Shown here: positions 23,301 through 35,426 of the stretch, one piece after another | How the letters are laid out: the number at the start of each line of letters is the position of its first letter | How positions within the stretch are numbered: the first letter of the stretch is position 1 | Origin: Haliotis rubra | Lineage: Eukaryota | Assembly (NCBI RefSeq): GCF_003918875.1 | Contig: NW_025765891.1 | Coordinates: forward strand, 62,001-126,000 | Direction: 5' to 3' | DNA: 64,000 nt | Notes under the pieces: model-generated | What the model saw: only the letters and a program-made list of their open reading frames with translations | Database searches by the model: none | What the model was told of the DNA's origin: nothing | Made by a program: the position numbers and the translations under genes

Positions 23301-24249
23301 TGATTATTCTTGTTAGGTCAAATGATACAAAACATTTATCAAATTCTATCACATACAAACATACTAAGATGAATGATATTGCTAAAACTCGGGTGGCAAA
23401 AGTATGGATTATGGGGATCGTAACAGGATTTAGTGGTTGGTCAGACTCTGTGTCTTGATTGAAAACATGTCATCATTCACTGATCTTTGCTCATAATGTA
23501 CTTGACTGGATTGTGTGATCCAGATTTGATTATGTACGAGCTGTTGAAATAGGGTTGGAATATTGCTGCTGAGCACAGCATTAAATAAGAAACACACTTG
23601 TACTGCACATCAGTTGACATTTTGATCCAAATTGTATCAAACTACACTGAATATAGATGTATATGCTTCGTGAATTTCAAGGTTTTCTTTTCTTTCTCAA
23701 GATGTTGGCCATGGGATGCAGTCAGGTGAATGGGCAGCACCAAAAGTAATCCTGAAGAAGCCATGCAAGATTGGTGGTGAGAAACTGAAGCAACAGTTAT
23801 TGATGTCGGCTGATTCCAGGCGAGCTAGTATTGATGGGAGTTCTCCTCATGGGAGCATTGAAGTACATCCTGCGTCAGTAGAAGCTGTTCAGTTATTTCA
23901 AAAAGCTCAACAAGCTGAGGTGTACAAACCCATGACTGTACCAAGAATGTTTCGCAGTCAATCTGATACATCACTGTTCCAGTCTGTAGCTGGTGCTCTG
24001 AAGCTAAGGGGAGATAACTCCATTGTGAAGCCAAACAACAATACTTCAGTGATCAGTACATCTGCGGAGAATAAGTGTTATCAGGTGGACAAAAACCCTG
24101 GGACATTTCAAAATGAAGACATGCATGATGAAGTGAATAAGTCCAGTGTTTCAGTGTCATCTAAATTCAGCGGTTGGTTATTTGGTGGTAATAAGAAAAT
24201 AGATGTGAAAGATACGGACATCAATGTGTTTAGTCCAACTTCATACTGA
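20389..24249 (+). CDS. KIAA1191: p33MONOX/KIAA1191-like protein, 252 aa, 2 coding exons (20389-20599, 23702-24249)
   Basis: Phase-1 junction (G|gtatgt ... tcaag|AT) joins the two ORFs in frame. N-terminal EDDDILDHTPPPLD...KFHFLLEKE and C-terminal DINVFSPTSY resemble, from recall, p33MONOX DD..E.....TPPPSD and DLNVLTPTGF. The gene model is more certain than the family assignment. Confidence 0.65.
21291..21583. mobile_element. hAT-like MITE
   Basis: TAGAG.TGTGACGATA TIRs; perfect 8-bp TSD tcaatgtc. Confidence 0.85.
22530..23038. mobile_element. Non-coding ~510-bp interspersed element with a long 3' hairpin, copy 2
   Basis: Same termini (attgtaaaccaaaagtcac ... tatctcctaa) as 9061-9574. Confidence 0.8.
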
Positions 24250-24679
24250 AGGTTTCACTTCTTAATTGTCCTAGAACATTCATAAGTTTATGGACAAAAA
24301 TCCTCTTGATGAGATTATGTAGTTATCAGGCAAAATATGTCTGCATGGAGTCATAATTAATCCTGTGTTAATACTGAATGAATAGCATTTGTCTACAGAA
24401 GTTTATAGGCTGGGGTGCAAACCTAAAAAAATACCATGGGTTTCCCATTAGTCTCCCATTGGCTACTCCTCGGCAGTGGAAATGTTATCTGCCCATGAGT
24501 GACAGGACTGTAATGGCTATGGGTGCCTGGCAAGAGCCTGGCGATGTCAAAGGTTAACCTTGGCCCTTACTAATAGAATAGACATGTGCCTTATAGTAAA
24601 TGTCCTGACAACCCTTTCACTACATATTTTGATGACTAAAGAGATTAATTTGATAAGCATATATGAAATTCCAAATTTT

Positions 24680-25013
24680 ACTTCAAGGTGCTTACCATTA
24701 TCTACAAGTGCCTGAAGACCAACACTGCTCCATCTTACTTGTCATCTCTTCTTAACAACCATAGACCAACAAGAACCCTTAGATCACAAGATAAAGATCT
24801 GCTTATCACCAGACCATCCAGGACCAAATACGGGGACCACTGCTTTGAATGTGCAGCTCCCATGCTATGGAACAACCTCCCTATGTCGCTAAAATCCGCC
24901 CCAAGTCTACAAACTTTTCGAAAACATTTAAAGACACATCTATTTGAAATGAAATAGACTGAACTGCTGGAACTCGGCGCTATAGAAGTAGATTATTATT
25001 ATTATTATTATTA
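24680..25013 (+). mobile_element. L2-like LINE 3' fragment
   Basis: APSYLSSLL..RTLRS..GDHCF..AAPMLWNNLP..FRKHLKTHLF, followed by gcgctatagaag and an (ATT)n tail. Confidence 0.85.
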
Positions 25014-25474
25014 AATATGTGTACAGCCCTAACCCTGCACAGCATGGGGTCAGGGGAGTGGGAATGGTGTCATTTTCACAGCCTGCCAGAAATATGAAAC
25101 CCTGAATGAAACTTTTAACCCACTCACAGGTTTGTTTCTATGGAAAGCACCTCCTGTGGCCACCTGACTGATACAGTGGGAAAGTCAAATCTGGATTTAT
25201 AAAAAGTGAAATATATTTTCAAAATGAATTTTTTGCAGGCTGTCTGCATCCATATATTTTACCAAGAGTCTTCATGACATACTTCTTTACACTATGGCTT
25301 AATTTCATCATGATTTTGTGATATTTCATGGAATTTACTGAATACTGTATTGCTTTGCATCGAAAGACAGCTTTGACAAGGCAAGGAGGCCACACCCCAT
25401 CTGTGTATAGGTTTTAACCCGGCCTTTAAATTTGTTATTGCAATCAGTATTATTGCTTGTGGGTTGTCAAGTTA

Positions 25475-25730
25475 GAAACAGGTGACTGTGGGTTCTTTAG
25501 AAAGGACTGTACAGGTGCTTGTAGGTTACTTAGGAATAACCACACAGGTGCTTGTGGCTTCCTAAGGGATAACCACACAGGTGCTTGTGGCTTCCTAAGG
25601 GATAACCACACAGGTGCTTGTGGCTTCCTAAGGGATAACCACACAGGTGCTTGTGGGTTCCTTAGAGAGAATCGTACAGGTGCTTGTGGGTTCCTTAGAT
25701 ACTTAGAGAGAACCATAATGGGTGCTTGAG
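25475..25730. repeat. 33-bp minisatellite
   Basis: Unit cctaagggataaccacacaggtgcttgtggctt. Confidence 0.9.
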
Positions 25731-26609
25731 GGTACACCTTTCAATATTTAAGTTGTTACTGAATGATTTACAAACACCATCCAAAGTCTCATGTCATCTT
25801 GCCAAACAGTTTGACATCTTTACCTGTCAGAAGACTCAACCTGTTATAATTCTACACTTTTCATGATGGAAATTGTTGCTTAAAACTTTACATAGACACC
25901 ATCCAAAGTCTCAAGTCATCTTACCAAATAGTTTGACATCTTTACCTGTCAGACCCAACCTGTTGAGCCCTTTCTCCTTATGCCCCCTGTAAATACCTCC
26001 CTTGAAATATTACGTGTTGTGGGTATGAAGACAGTATTTGTTGCTTTGTTGTCTGGCAGTTGACAATTTGATGTTATATCTACAGGTTTGCAGCCCAATT
26101 AGCATCACACATCCATATGTTAATAGTAAGATACTAGTTAGTCAGAAATATTTCATGTGTGATACATGAAAATGTGAGATTTACCATATCATAGGATCTT
26201 ATCCATTTTGAAAGGATTAGTATAACTTAATTTAGTCAACTAGTCCAAGTGCCTATTGTATATACAGACTTTACTAACAGTATATAACTTTATTGCCAAT
26301 GATCATGACACTTACCATTTCGTATGCATAACATGTATGAGTGTATATACACACACACACACACACAGTGGGTATTTCATTTTTCCTCGCTACTCCACTG
26401 CTTTCAAATATGTGCGATTCATATATATATATCATGCATTGTGTCAATACATGATATATACAAACGATATATATTTACATTGTGGAGCATGGTGTCTTAT
26501 ATGTGATGAGAAATACTCCGTCACCAAGTTGCTGATGTACTGGTTGTTGTCTGAAGGGATTTCTTCACTGTGAATGTGTCATTCTTCCCTGTTATCATTT
26601 ATGTCAATG

Positions 26610-27277
26610 TTGGTTTGTTGGTTTGTTTAATGCTGCAATCAGCAATATTCCAGATATATGATGGCAGTCTGTAAATACTCGAGTCTGGACCAGACAGTCC
26701 AGTGATATGATGAAATGTGTCAGCCAAGTCAGAAAGCCTGACCACACGATCGCGTTAGTCGCCTTTTATGATAAGCATGGGTCGCTGAAGCCCAATTCTA
26801 ACCCGGATCTTCATGGTCTATGTTAACAGCATGGGTCAGAGAGTATGACCACACGATCGCGTTAGTCGCCTTTTATGACAAGCATGGGTCGCTGAAGCCC
26901 AATTCTAACCCGGATCTTCATGGTCTATGTTAACAGCATGGGTCAGAGGGTATGACCACACGATCGCGTTAGTCGCCTTTTATGACAAGCATGGGTCGCT
27001 GAAGCCCAATTCTAACCCGGATCTTCATGGTCTATGTTAACAGCATGGGTCAGAGAGTATGACCACACGATCGCGTTAGTCGCCTTTTATGACAAGCATG
27101 GGTCGCTGAAGCCCAATTCTAACCCGGATCTTCATGGTCTATGTTAACAGCATGGGTCAGAGAGTATGACCACACGATCGCGTTAGTCGCCTTTTATGAC
27201 AAGCATGGGTCGCTGAAGCCCAATTCTAACCCGGATCTTCATGGTCTATGTTAACAGCATGGGTCATAGAGTATGAC
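26610..27277 (-). repeat. SINE family 2 copy whose head is amplified into five 107-bp tandem units (26739-27273)
   Basis: Units start at 26739, 26846, 26953, 27060 and 27167 and are nearly identical. Confidence 0.9.
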
Positions 27278-27619
27278 TTTGCAGTTGGTCATATTGGTCC
27301 TTTATCAGATTGTTACTTTGGCAGCAGGACACACATATAACACATGTGTCAAGCATTTTAATTTTTTTATGTACTGGTGGTTTTGATATCTTTATTGTGT
27401 TGTTTGTGTATATTTTGTTGAGAAAAGTATTTGTTCTGCCTTGAGAACCTCCACGCACAGAATATGTCCTGTATGTTGTTTTTGGCCATCTGTTCTCTGG
27501 TATCATGATGTTATACAGTGTACTGATGCTCAAAATTGTTAATAAATCATGTGAAAGGGTGTGTTGTGTTGTATTATGTTTAGGGTTTATATTATGGAAA
27601 TATTGTAACTTGAGCATAT

Positions 27620-28418
27620 TATTATACCCCCGCTACGAAGTAATGGGGGTATATAGTGTTCATTCTGTCTGTCCGTCCGTCCGTCCGTCCATCCATCCCG
27701 AAACTTTGTCCGGAGCATATCTCTTAAAGTTTACATGCTAGGTTCACCAAACTTTACACACATGTTAATCATTACCCATTGATGTGCCTTTTGCTATTTT
27801 ACATTTTTTCAGAATTTTGTTTTATTGCTGTTTCCATGGAAACACGACTTAGTGCCAAATGTGTTTTATGGTTTTGTCTGGAGCATATCTCTTAAAGTTT
27901 ACAAGCTAGGTTCACCAAACTTCACACACATGTTAATCATTACCTATTGATGTGCCTTTTGTTATTTTAAAGTTTTTTCAGAATTTGTTTTGTTGTTGTT
28001 TCGATGGAAACATTACTTAGTGCAAAATGTGTTTGATGGTTACCTGGCCACAGCATATCATCAAAACTATACATGCTAGGTTCACCAAACTTAATACACA
28101 AGTTAATCATGACCCACAGATATGCCATGTGCTAAAAAATAACATCTTCATCTACGTCCACTTCATTGTGTGCAACAAGTTCAATTGTATGTCAGGTTTC
28201 CACGGAAAACACAAAAAAATAATGTTTCCATAAATTATTACTGTAATCAGTACATGGCAAAACTGTAATCTAACATGTATATAACTTTAGTAGAGTCAAG
28301 GAGAAAGTCTTGTGAGCTGCTGATCCTTGTCACATTATATATATCAATATCAGTCATTTCCATGTCCCAACGTGGGAAGCGGGGGTATGTGAGCTGTGCT
28401 CACTTCTACACTTGTTTT
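27620..28418 (+). mobile_element. Helentron-associated (HINE/DINE-1-like) non-autonomous element
   Basis: 5' subTIR atacccccgc with adjacent inverted gggggtat; (gtcc)n microsatellite; ~168-bp internal tandem repeats; 3' subTIR gcgggggtat, gtgagc/gctcac stem-loop and cttgtttt end. Confidence 0.8.
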
Positions 28419-28440
28419 AATTACACTATCATGTTCAGTG

Positions 28441-28687
28441 AGTGGGTGTGAGTTTAGTTTTACGCCACACTCAGCAATATTCCAGCTATATGGTGGCGGT
28501 CTGAAAATAATTGAGTCTGGACCCAATAATCCAGTGATCAACAGCATGAGCATTGATCTACATTATTGGGACTCGATGACATGTGTCAACCAAATCAGCA
28601 AGCCTGACCACCCGATCCCGTTAGTCACCTCTTACCACAAGCATGGGTTACTGAAGAGCAATTCTAACCCGAATCTTCACGGTTGTG
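28441..28687 (-). mobile_element. SINE family 2
   Basis: Reverse complement of 47625-47868; TSD tgttcagtg. Confidence 0.8.
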
Positions 28688-28774
28688 TGTTCAGTGGGGA
28701 ATATTTCTGCGCCCCATTGCACAAACCGATAATCTTTATAGCCTGTTACTTGCATACCCTAACATAGACTTAAG

Positions 28775-28950
28775 AGTGAGTGGGCGAGTTGGACTTTACT
28801 TTGCTTTATTCAAGCAATATCACCGTAGGGGACACTAGAAATGGGCTTCACATGTTGTACCCATGTGGGGAATCGAACCCGGATCTTCCGCGTGATGAGA
28901 GAACTCTTTAACCACTACATTATTATAAACCACACACACCCCACCCCCGA
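28775..28950 (-). mobile_element. tRNA-derived SINE, family 1
   Basis: Same consensus with a degraded head. Confidence 0.8.
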
Positions 28951-29495
28951 AAGACTTAAGATGGTCATAGCACCACCCCATCCCGTTAGTCGTTAGTCAC
29001 CTTTTAGGACTAGCAAGGGTTGCTGAAGAGAAATTCTAACTGGGATCTTCATGGGTCATTTTACTGATGGGTCCAAGGACTGCGGGAAAGTGGCCAGTTT
29101 TACAGTTGTTGGGTCAAAATGTATGTACATGTATCACCTAAAGCACCAGATGACAGATCTTGTCCCTTCCAATGTTATTTTCACCGTCTTGGAAACATAT
29201 ACTGAACTACTTTAAAAATGTTTCACAGGAATAAATGGTTTATGTCAGTGATGAATGAAGAAAAGATTTTGTCTCTTGAGTTTGAATTTTTTAATTAAGA
29301 TGAAAACACAAGAAGAAGAAAAAAGCAGTCATTCATCATTTAGTGCAACCATTGATGGGGGTCAAACTTGAATTTCAACTGCTCAAACCATTGATGGCGT
29401 TATTCGTCAAACTTGAATGGGCACACGCGCTCAAACCTTATTGCTCACACAGTCAGTAAACTCAGTCAACGGTCAGTCACGGCTAGGGCCATCAT

Positions 29496-29810
29496 TTACG
29501 TCGAGCACAGCCACGGCAGGGGAGGAGTGCTGTTTTGCTGAAGAAAGTTTATGCTGTCTCTAGCAGTATGGGGTCCTGCATTATCCTGTTGCAAAATGTG
29601 AAGACGTTGACCTGCCGCGATGTAGGGAACGACTGTTGTTCTCAGTACCTCCGCTGTATACGTTTGAGCTGTAACTCGACCACTACAGATGTATAGATAT
29701 GTCCTGCCACGACTACCAATCCCTGCCCAGATCATAACGCTTTCACCAACCCAGCGGTTCTGCTGCTGGACTCGGCAATCAGCATTTCGTTCTCCACGTC
29801 GACGCCGTAT
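29496..29810 (-). mobile_element. Tc1/mariner transposase fragment
   Basis: RRRGER...SVMIWAGI..GRT.L...G.VTAQTY..EVL..VVP...LQQDNAGPHTAR...LPW. Confidence 0.85.
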
Positions 29811-31599
29811 GATAATAGAGTGATGCGTTTCTAAAGTAGTTCAGCATATCTAAGTCAGCGCGTTAACAGTTTATCAACTCATCTTATTCTCTTTGTGACC
29901 GTTAGAGAAATAATCTATGAATAATATATCTTTAATTCATCCAATTATGTTTTATATTTTATATTTTTACAATGATCTTTCCACCCACAACTATGGCATC
30001 CTCTTTTGTCGGTCTCCCCGTCATAATGGGTAACACGGCTAATGCTGCAGCAGAACCAACACTCGACACATCTGTGAAACCACCCTGTTATTAGATGTTA
30101 CGTCCCAGACCTTAGGCAGATGAAGTTGGACATAGAAGGAGGGACTAATAAACTTCATGATATCAGACAAACTGTTGGTTTCACTTGTCTGTCAGTCCAG
30201 AATTGAAGAGGTCTTTATGCACGATGTCGTATTGGCCATTCTCGTTATACTCTCGAATGGTTTTTTAAAGGTGAGAACATAATATCTTTCAATTTCTGTG
30301 AAAAGAATATTTTACATACTGTCAATGTTCATTTAATTCTTGACTTTTTAAGAAAAATGGTCCTAACAGATCATTTAGCTATAGCTGATGTGTGTTTCGG
30401 TCACGCCAAGCCCTGCGCATTTTTATTATGTTGAACAAATAATTATACAAACTATTAAAAACTTATGTCAGATGTATTTGCTAAATGACGTTTTATTGTA
30501 TTTTCAAACTTATAGATTCACTTTGTAATTTACCTAGAGTCGTATTCCAGCGATGGACCATGGGTCAATCTGGTGGAATAATTACTCTTTATGTATGAAA
30601 CGTGATTATGTATCTCCGATTTCACATTTTATCACTTGGGCGTTCATCTGAGGTCTATTAACGGACACAATGCAGTCTTTTACTGTCTATGCTGTTAACC
30701 AACAGTTTCACTCTGAAACTCTGAAGCCCTGTAAGCATTAATGAACAACAAAACATATGTCAGCTTGGCTGGATCTCCTTATTGTATATCCTTTGATACT
30801 ACATATAGATGTTGACAACACCACTAGGTGTCGCTTCTTGTAGAGCAGAGGGTATATAGCAACACAAGTCAACCAGACGAAGCATTTGTCATACTGATCC
30901 ATACTTCAAATGTTGTGTTTACCTTTGAGAAAAAGGGCAGAGCACCATGGTTACCGTTCAGACGTCTCAGTTCCAGATCTGCATTCCACGACTCGTCGGT
31001 AAGAACTTTTGCAATGAAACTATTTTTGAGTATTAAATGACAATGTCATACTGCCCCCTGAGTTTAGACACTGAATACTGCAGCATCAAAAGTCTAAGTA
31101 CTTGGCAAATGCAAACAGTTCGAATTAGTATACAGCACCGTAATCTGCATATTATTGAATCACTATATTACTTACTATACCAATAGTTTAAACACTAAAC
31201 TATCGATCACTTTGTTATTAACACATGTTTATTAACCACCTTTGATAACACGCATGTTGTATACACCTTTAAGATCCCCGCACAGCTGTTAGTGCAAACT
31301 TACTATTGATAAAACGACACACGTCACTTAGCCAGAAGCGCACCAACGTCGCAGAGGACCCGCTGTTGCCATCGAGAATCAATGACAACTTGGAGCTCGT
31401 TGTAGTCAGCGCGGCTAATATCAATGCTGCTGACAGAGTTCATTGGTGTGGGCCACCAGCACCTACAACGCTGTACTAAGCCAACAGGTAAATATGGCAT
31501 GAAATTGAATCGCGATGGTTCCATCGGAAGGATATGACTTTTAAAGGGTGGTTCGTAAAGCCACTGTGTCCGGACTTTGCGGCGTGTTGTGCGACCACC

Positions 31600-34505
31600 A
31601 TGATACTGTTCAGGTAAGAACGTGTTCCGTCTGAAGGTTAAAGGACTATGCAGCTATGTAGTGGTGGGACGTGTCACATGTTATTACGATCGGTCTGGGA
31701 GAATAAAGAGCAACTATTACAGTGCTCAGGCCTGGAGTGCATCAAGCTTGTGTATTCTGGAGTAATGATGTGTTATCATAGCATGTTCTGGTAGGGAATA
31801 CGTATGTTTAGAATGTTTTGGTGTTGTATATGGAACTATTTTAAATGCAACGTTGATGCGCTTCTATATAAGTGACGGTCTGTTGTCAATAAAGGGTAGG
31901 TTTTTTTATTGGTATACGTGTGTGGATCTGTCATTTAGAATCAGCGTTTTATTGGTATACGAATGTGGGTCTATCAAAGAGGATCAGCGTTGTGATCATA
32001 TACATGTATGCGTCTATGATTTGTGATGTCATTGCGTGGTATACGTGGGTGCTTGATGGGAATTTAGAAGTTGGAAGGTAACATATGGATTTACAACTTC
32101 TTTAATATTTACAACACGGCGTTTCTGGGCTACTTCTTGCCCCTTCATCAAGTGGATGACAGAATATGGTACGAGCAAAATATATAGTATGTACAGGAAG
32201 CCAGTGAGAAAGTATTACCGATGAGATGTACAGAGATAAAGTGATGCGTTTTGAATGAGATTTGCAGAGTTCAAAGAGATTAAGTGGTATGTTTTTGCAA
32301 TGGATGTACAGAATGTTTATACAATGATAAGGATAAGAATGATAGGATTGAGGACAGGATGGTTGGAAGCCACTTATGAAAACAGTGATAGGAAAACACA
32401 TATATGAAAACACACATCAAAGCATGTACAGTGATTTAAGGGGAACATGGGAAAACATGTACACTGAAAGCTTATTATTCTATGCACAACGCATTTGGTA
32501 GGAAAACACCCTGATCCCTGTTCATTTCAGGTTTGGCGCGGTGGATCCAGATGGCCTCCATCAATTTCCTCTTCCGGCAATTGCTGATGTTGATCGACGG
32601 CCAAAATGTCAGTGTCATCCCAATTGATAGAATGGCTGGGATTTTTTATCACATGTTCTGATAAGGCTGATTTCATGTCCGAGTTTTTCACCGATGCTTT
32701 GTGCTCTTTCATAAGAGTACATACAGGCCTGCCTGTTTCACCTATGTAGGCTCGTACCATATTCTGTCATTCACCCGATGAAGGGGCAAGAAGTAGCCCA
32801 GAAACGTCGTGTTGTAAATATTAAAGAAGTTGTAAATCCATACCATACGTTGTTATGTGGTATATGTGTATGGCATAACTAGGAAATATATATGGTCGAC
32901 TTCATCTGCCAATTCAGGTATTTCACATATGTGACACACTAGGACGACGGTACAGTCATATACTGACTCGGGTATGTAACATGTGAGATACTCAAGAACG
33001 ATATAATTTATATCATCCACAAATGCAAGTATATAATGCATGCACCTTTCCAGTGCTGCTTGTTACTCTGGTCAGAGATCAGTTACATTGAGGGCGGTGG
33101 GGTAGCCTAGTGGTTAAAGCGTTGGCTCGTCACGCCGAAGACCCGGGTTCGATTCCCCACATGGGCACAATGTGTTTAGCCCATTTCTGGTGTCCCCCGC
33201 CGTGATATTGCTGGAATATTGCTAAAAGCGGCGTAAAACTAAAACTCAGTCAGTCAGTCAGTTACATTGAGTACTCAGATAAGGAACACAGAGACTTTGC
33301 TTCACTGAGCGACCATCACACAAACACCGAGCCATTGCCAGTTCTTACCGGTTACATTATTGGACTCATCTTGATCCCATTTCAGATTACGGAGACGGCG
33401 ACTGCGAATGTTGTTCCTGTACGCCATCAGTGTCAGCCTCGTCATTGCCGTGATCCTGCGAATGCGCATGAAGAGGACTCAAACAGCAGACCACTTAAAC
33501 CGTGAGCATAAACAACCAATCGCTGAAGAAGTCGTGAATAACGTCACTGTGCCGGAAGTCCATCACGTCGTGTTCCTGAAGGTTCACAAAGCAGCAAGCT
33601 CTACCGTTATGAACATTTTTATGAGATTTGGAATTTCACGTAACTTAAGTGTCATGGTTCCGAAGACACTAAATGTATTTAGCCAATCTACGTATCTTCA
33701 CCAAAATCAGTTTCTTCACTACTCCCCCGACGGACTGTACGACATCCTCTGCTGCCATGTGGTATACCGGAAGACATCCATAGCGCCATATTTCCCGGCA
33801 GACACGCGGTATATTGGTATAGTAAGAGAGCCATTTCAACAATTCATGTCAGCGTTCTTTTATTACAAACATCTATCCTACCTGAAAAAGATTCCAGGTG
33901 ACAACCCGGTGGCAACATACCTACAGGATCCATTAAAGTTTGAGCCCGACCACGCCCTCTCCTCGTATACCAACAATCGGATGTCTTTCGATTTCGGTTA
34001 CCCGTACAGAGAATTCAACAACACACCGCGCATGCATGATTACGTTGATCAATTGGTGTCGGAGCTAGACTTTGTAATAGTCGTAGAATACTTCGACGAA
34101 TCTTTACTGATGTTGAAGCAGTTACTTGGATGGACATTAAAAGATATATTGTATATACCACGCAAGTATGGAGCAAGACATAACACACCTACATTCACAA
34201 GAGAAGACAGAGAACGACACAAGCAGTGGGCAAGGTTGGACTATATTCTGTATGAACGGTTTTTGAACATTTTTCTGGAGAAGCTATATCAAAAGGGCAA
34301 ATCATTTTATGAGGAATTGAAAGCTTTCAAAAATCTGAGAGCCCAAATGGAACATTTTTGCACAACTACCAAGAACAAAGTACTGTCTGTACCTGGGTCA
34401 ATGTGGAACAAACACTTTACTGTCAGTAGAAACGATTGTGACCTCATGCAGATGAATGCAGTTCCCCTCATTAACCTAGTGAGAAGGAGGTACATTGTGG
34501 CGTGA
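31600..34505 (+). CDS. Galactose-3-O-sulfotransferase-like (GAL3ST family) Golgi type II membrane protein, 377 aa; exons 31600-31613 and 33386-34505
   Basis: 5'-PSB FLKVHKAASST, 3'-PB IVREPFQQFMSAFFY, NNRMSFDFG, EYFDESLLMLKQLLGW and WARLDYILY. accATG ATA CTG TTC AG|gtaag splices to ttcag|A in frame, giving MILFRLRRRRLR followed by a TM helix. Confidence 0.9.
32060..32842 (-). mobile_element. Penelope-like element 3' fragment (GIY-YIG endonuclease remnant) with an inverted pseudo-LTR copy
   Basis: YIGETGR....MKEH...SALSEH.....H.INWD and NRDQG motifs; 93-bp inverted repeat at 32084-32176 and 32750-32842. Confidence 0.85.
32772..32811 (+). ncRNA. Minimal type I hammerhead ribozyme motif of the Penelope pseudo-LTR (one core substitution)
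   Basis: cac-CCGATGA-aggggc-aagaagta-gccca-GAAACGTC-gtg: stem I cac/gtg, stem II gggc/gccc, palindromic ACGT stem III. The core reads CCGAUGA instead of CUGAUGA. Confidence 0.65.
33091..33257 (+). mobile_element. tRNA-derived SINE, family 1 (near consensus)
   Basis: A box TAGCCTAGTGG, B box GGTTCGATTCC, (agtc)n tail; TSD tcagttacattgag. Confidence 0.92.
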
Positions 34506-34561
34506 GTGAGTTGCGCTTCACGCATGTTGGTAACATCAAGCTCTTCGCATTATGTGTGAAG

Positions 34562-34716
34562 TGAGTAAGTGAGTTTAGTTTTAGGCTGCTTTTGGCAATA
34601 TTCCAGCAATATCACTGCGGGGGACACCAGAAATGGGCTTCACGCATTATACTCATGTGGGGATTCGAACCCGAGTATTCGACGTGACAAGCGAACGCCT
34701 TAACCAGGAGGCTACC
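34562..34716 (-). mobile_element. tRNA-derived SINE, family 1 (just downstream of the sulfotransferase stop)
   Basis: Same consensus; TSD atgtgtgaag. Confidence 0.88.
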
Positions 34717-34906
34717 ATGTGTGAAGAACCCTGGTCAGGAACATCCAGAACTGAAATGGTATATTACAGATCAAAGATCGCAATTGGATTCGACCTAAGT
34801 TTTTTCGAATACGTTATAATCCAAATTTGGCATCTTAGACCACTGGGCCACTCTGATATCGGCACATTAAAGATCTGAGGCAGATAGTACAGTGATTTAT
34901 TGCTTC

Positions 34907-35426
34907 TGCGCGGTGGGCGAGCTGGCTAAGGCGCCAGGCTAGTGATCCAGCGAGGTTGAGGTGTCGGGATCGAGCCCACCTGTGACCGGGTGTAAAAACC
35001 TTGGAGTCAACTTTGTGTGCAGACTCTTTCAGTGTTGTCACAACCCCTAGTGTACAGTACACAACCCTGTGCACTTAAAAGAACCCACGAATCCGTTTGT
35101 ATATGACCAGATGGTGGCAACATGAATACGTGCAAACACCCAGTTGCGAGTACAGCAACGTGCAGTGAACTTGGACAAAGTACTGTGACTATATGTCCCA
35201 GTCCACCCAGCTGTGAATGGGTACCTCGTTAGGATGAGAAAGCCACAATAACTCGGTGCGCCTAGTGGCTGCAAGAGTTGTATACTCCCCAGGGAGTTGA
35301 GATTGATAATACGATGTGCCGTTGAGATTGACATCCAATGATCGAGGGAAGAAAATACCAGCGCCTTGAGCATGCACTAGTTGGCTGGATATGTGCGCTA
35401 TATAAATATCCTATAATAATAATAAT
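34907..35426 (+). mobile_element. tRNA-derived SINE family 3 with Nin-like central motif and L2-like tail
   Basis: tRNA-like head, ccacccagctgtgaatgggtacc motif, gcgctatataaat...(aat)n tail; partial reverse copy at 49533-49708. Confidence 0.75.

Noticed and set aside
25450-25737. 11-aa repeat ORFs on both strands
   Set aside because: 33-bp minisatellite; no splice or domain support.
26739-27277. CRISPR-like appearance of regular repeats (also 54351-54823 and 56724-57062)
   Set aside because: No unique spacers, eukaryotic context and no cas genes.
33091-33160. tRNA gene
   Set aside because: A/B boxes are present, but it is the head of a multi-copy SINE with a body, a tail and TSDs.
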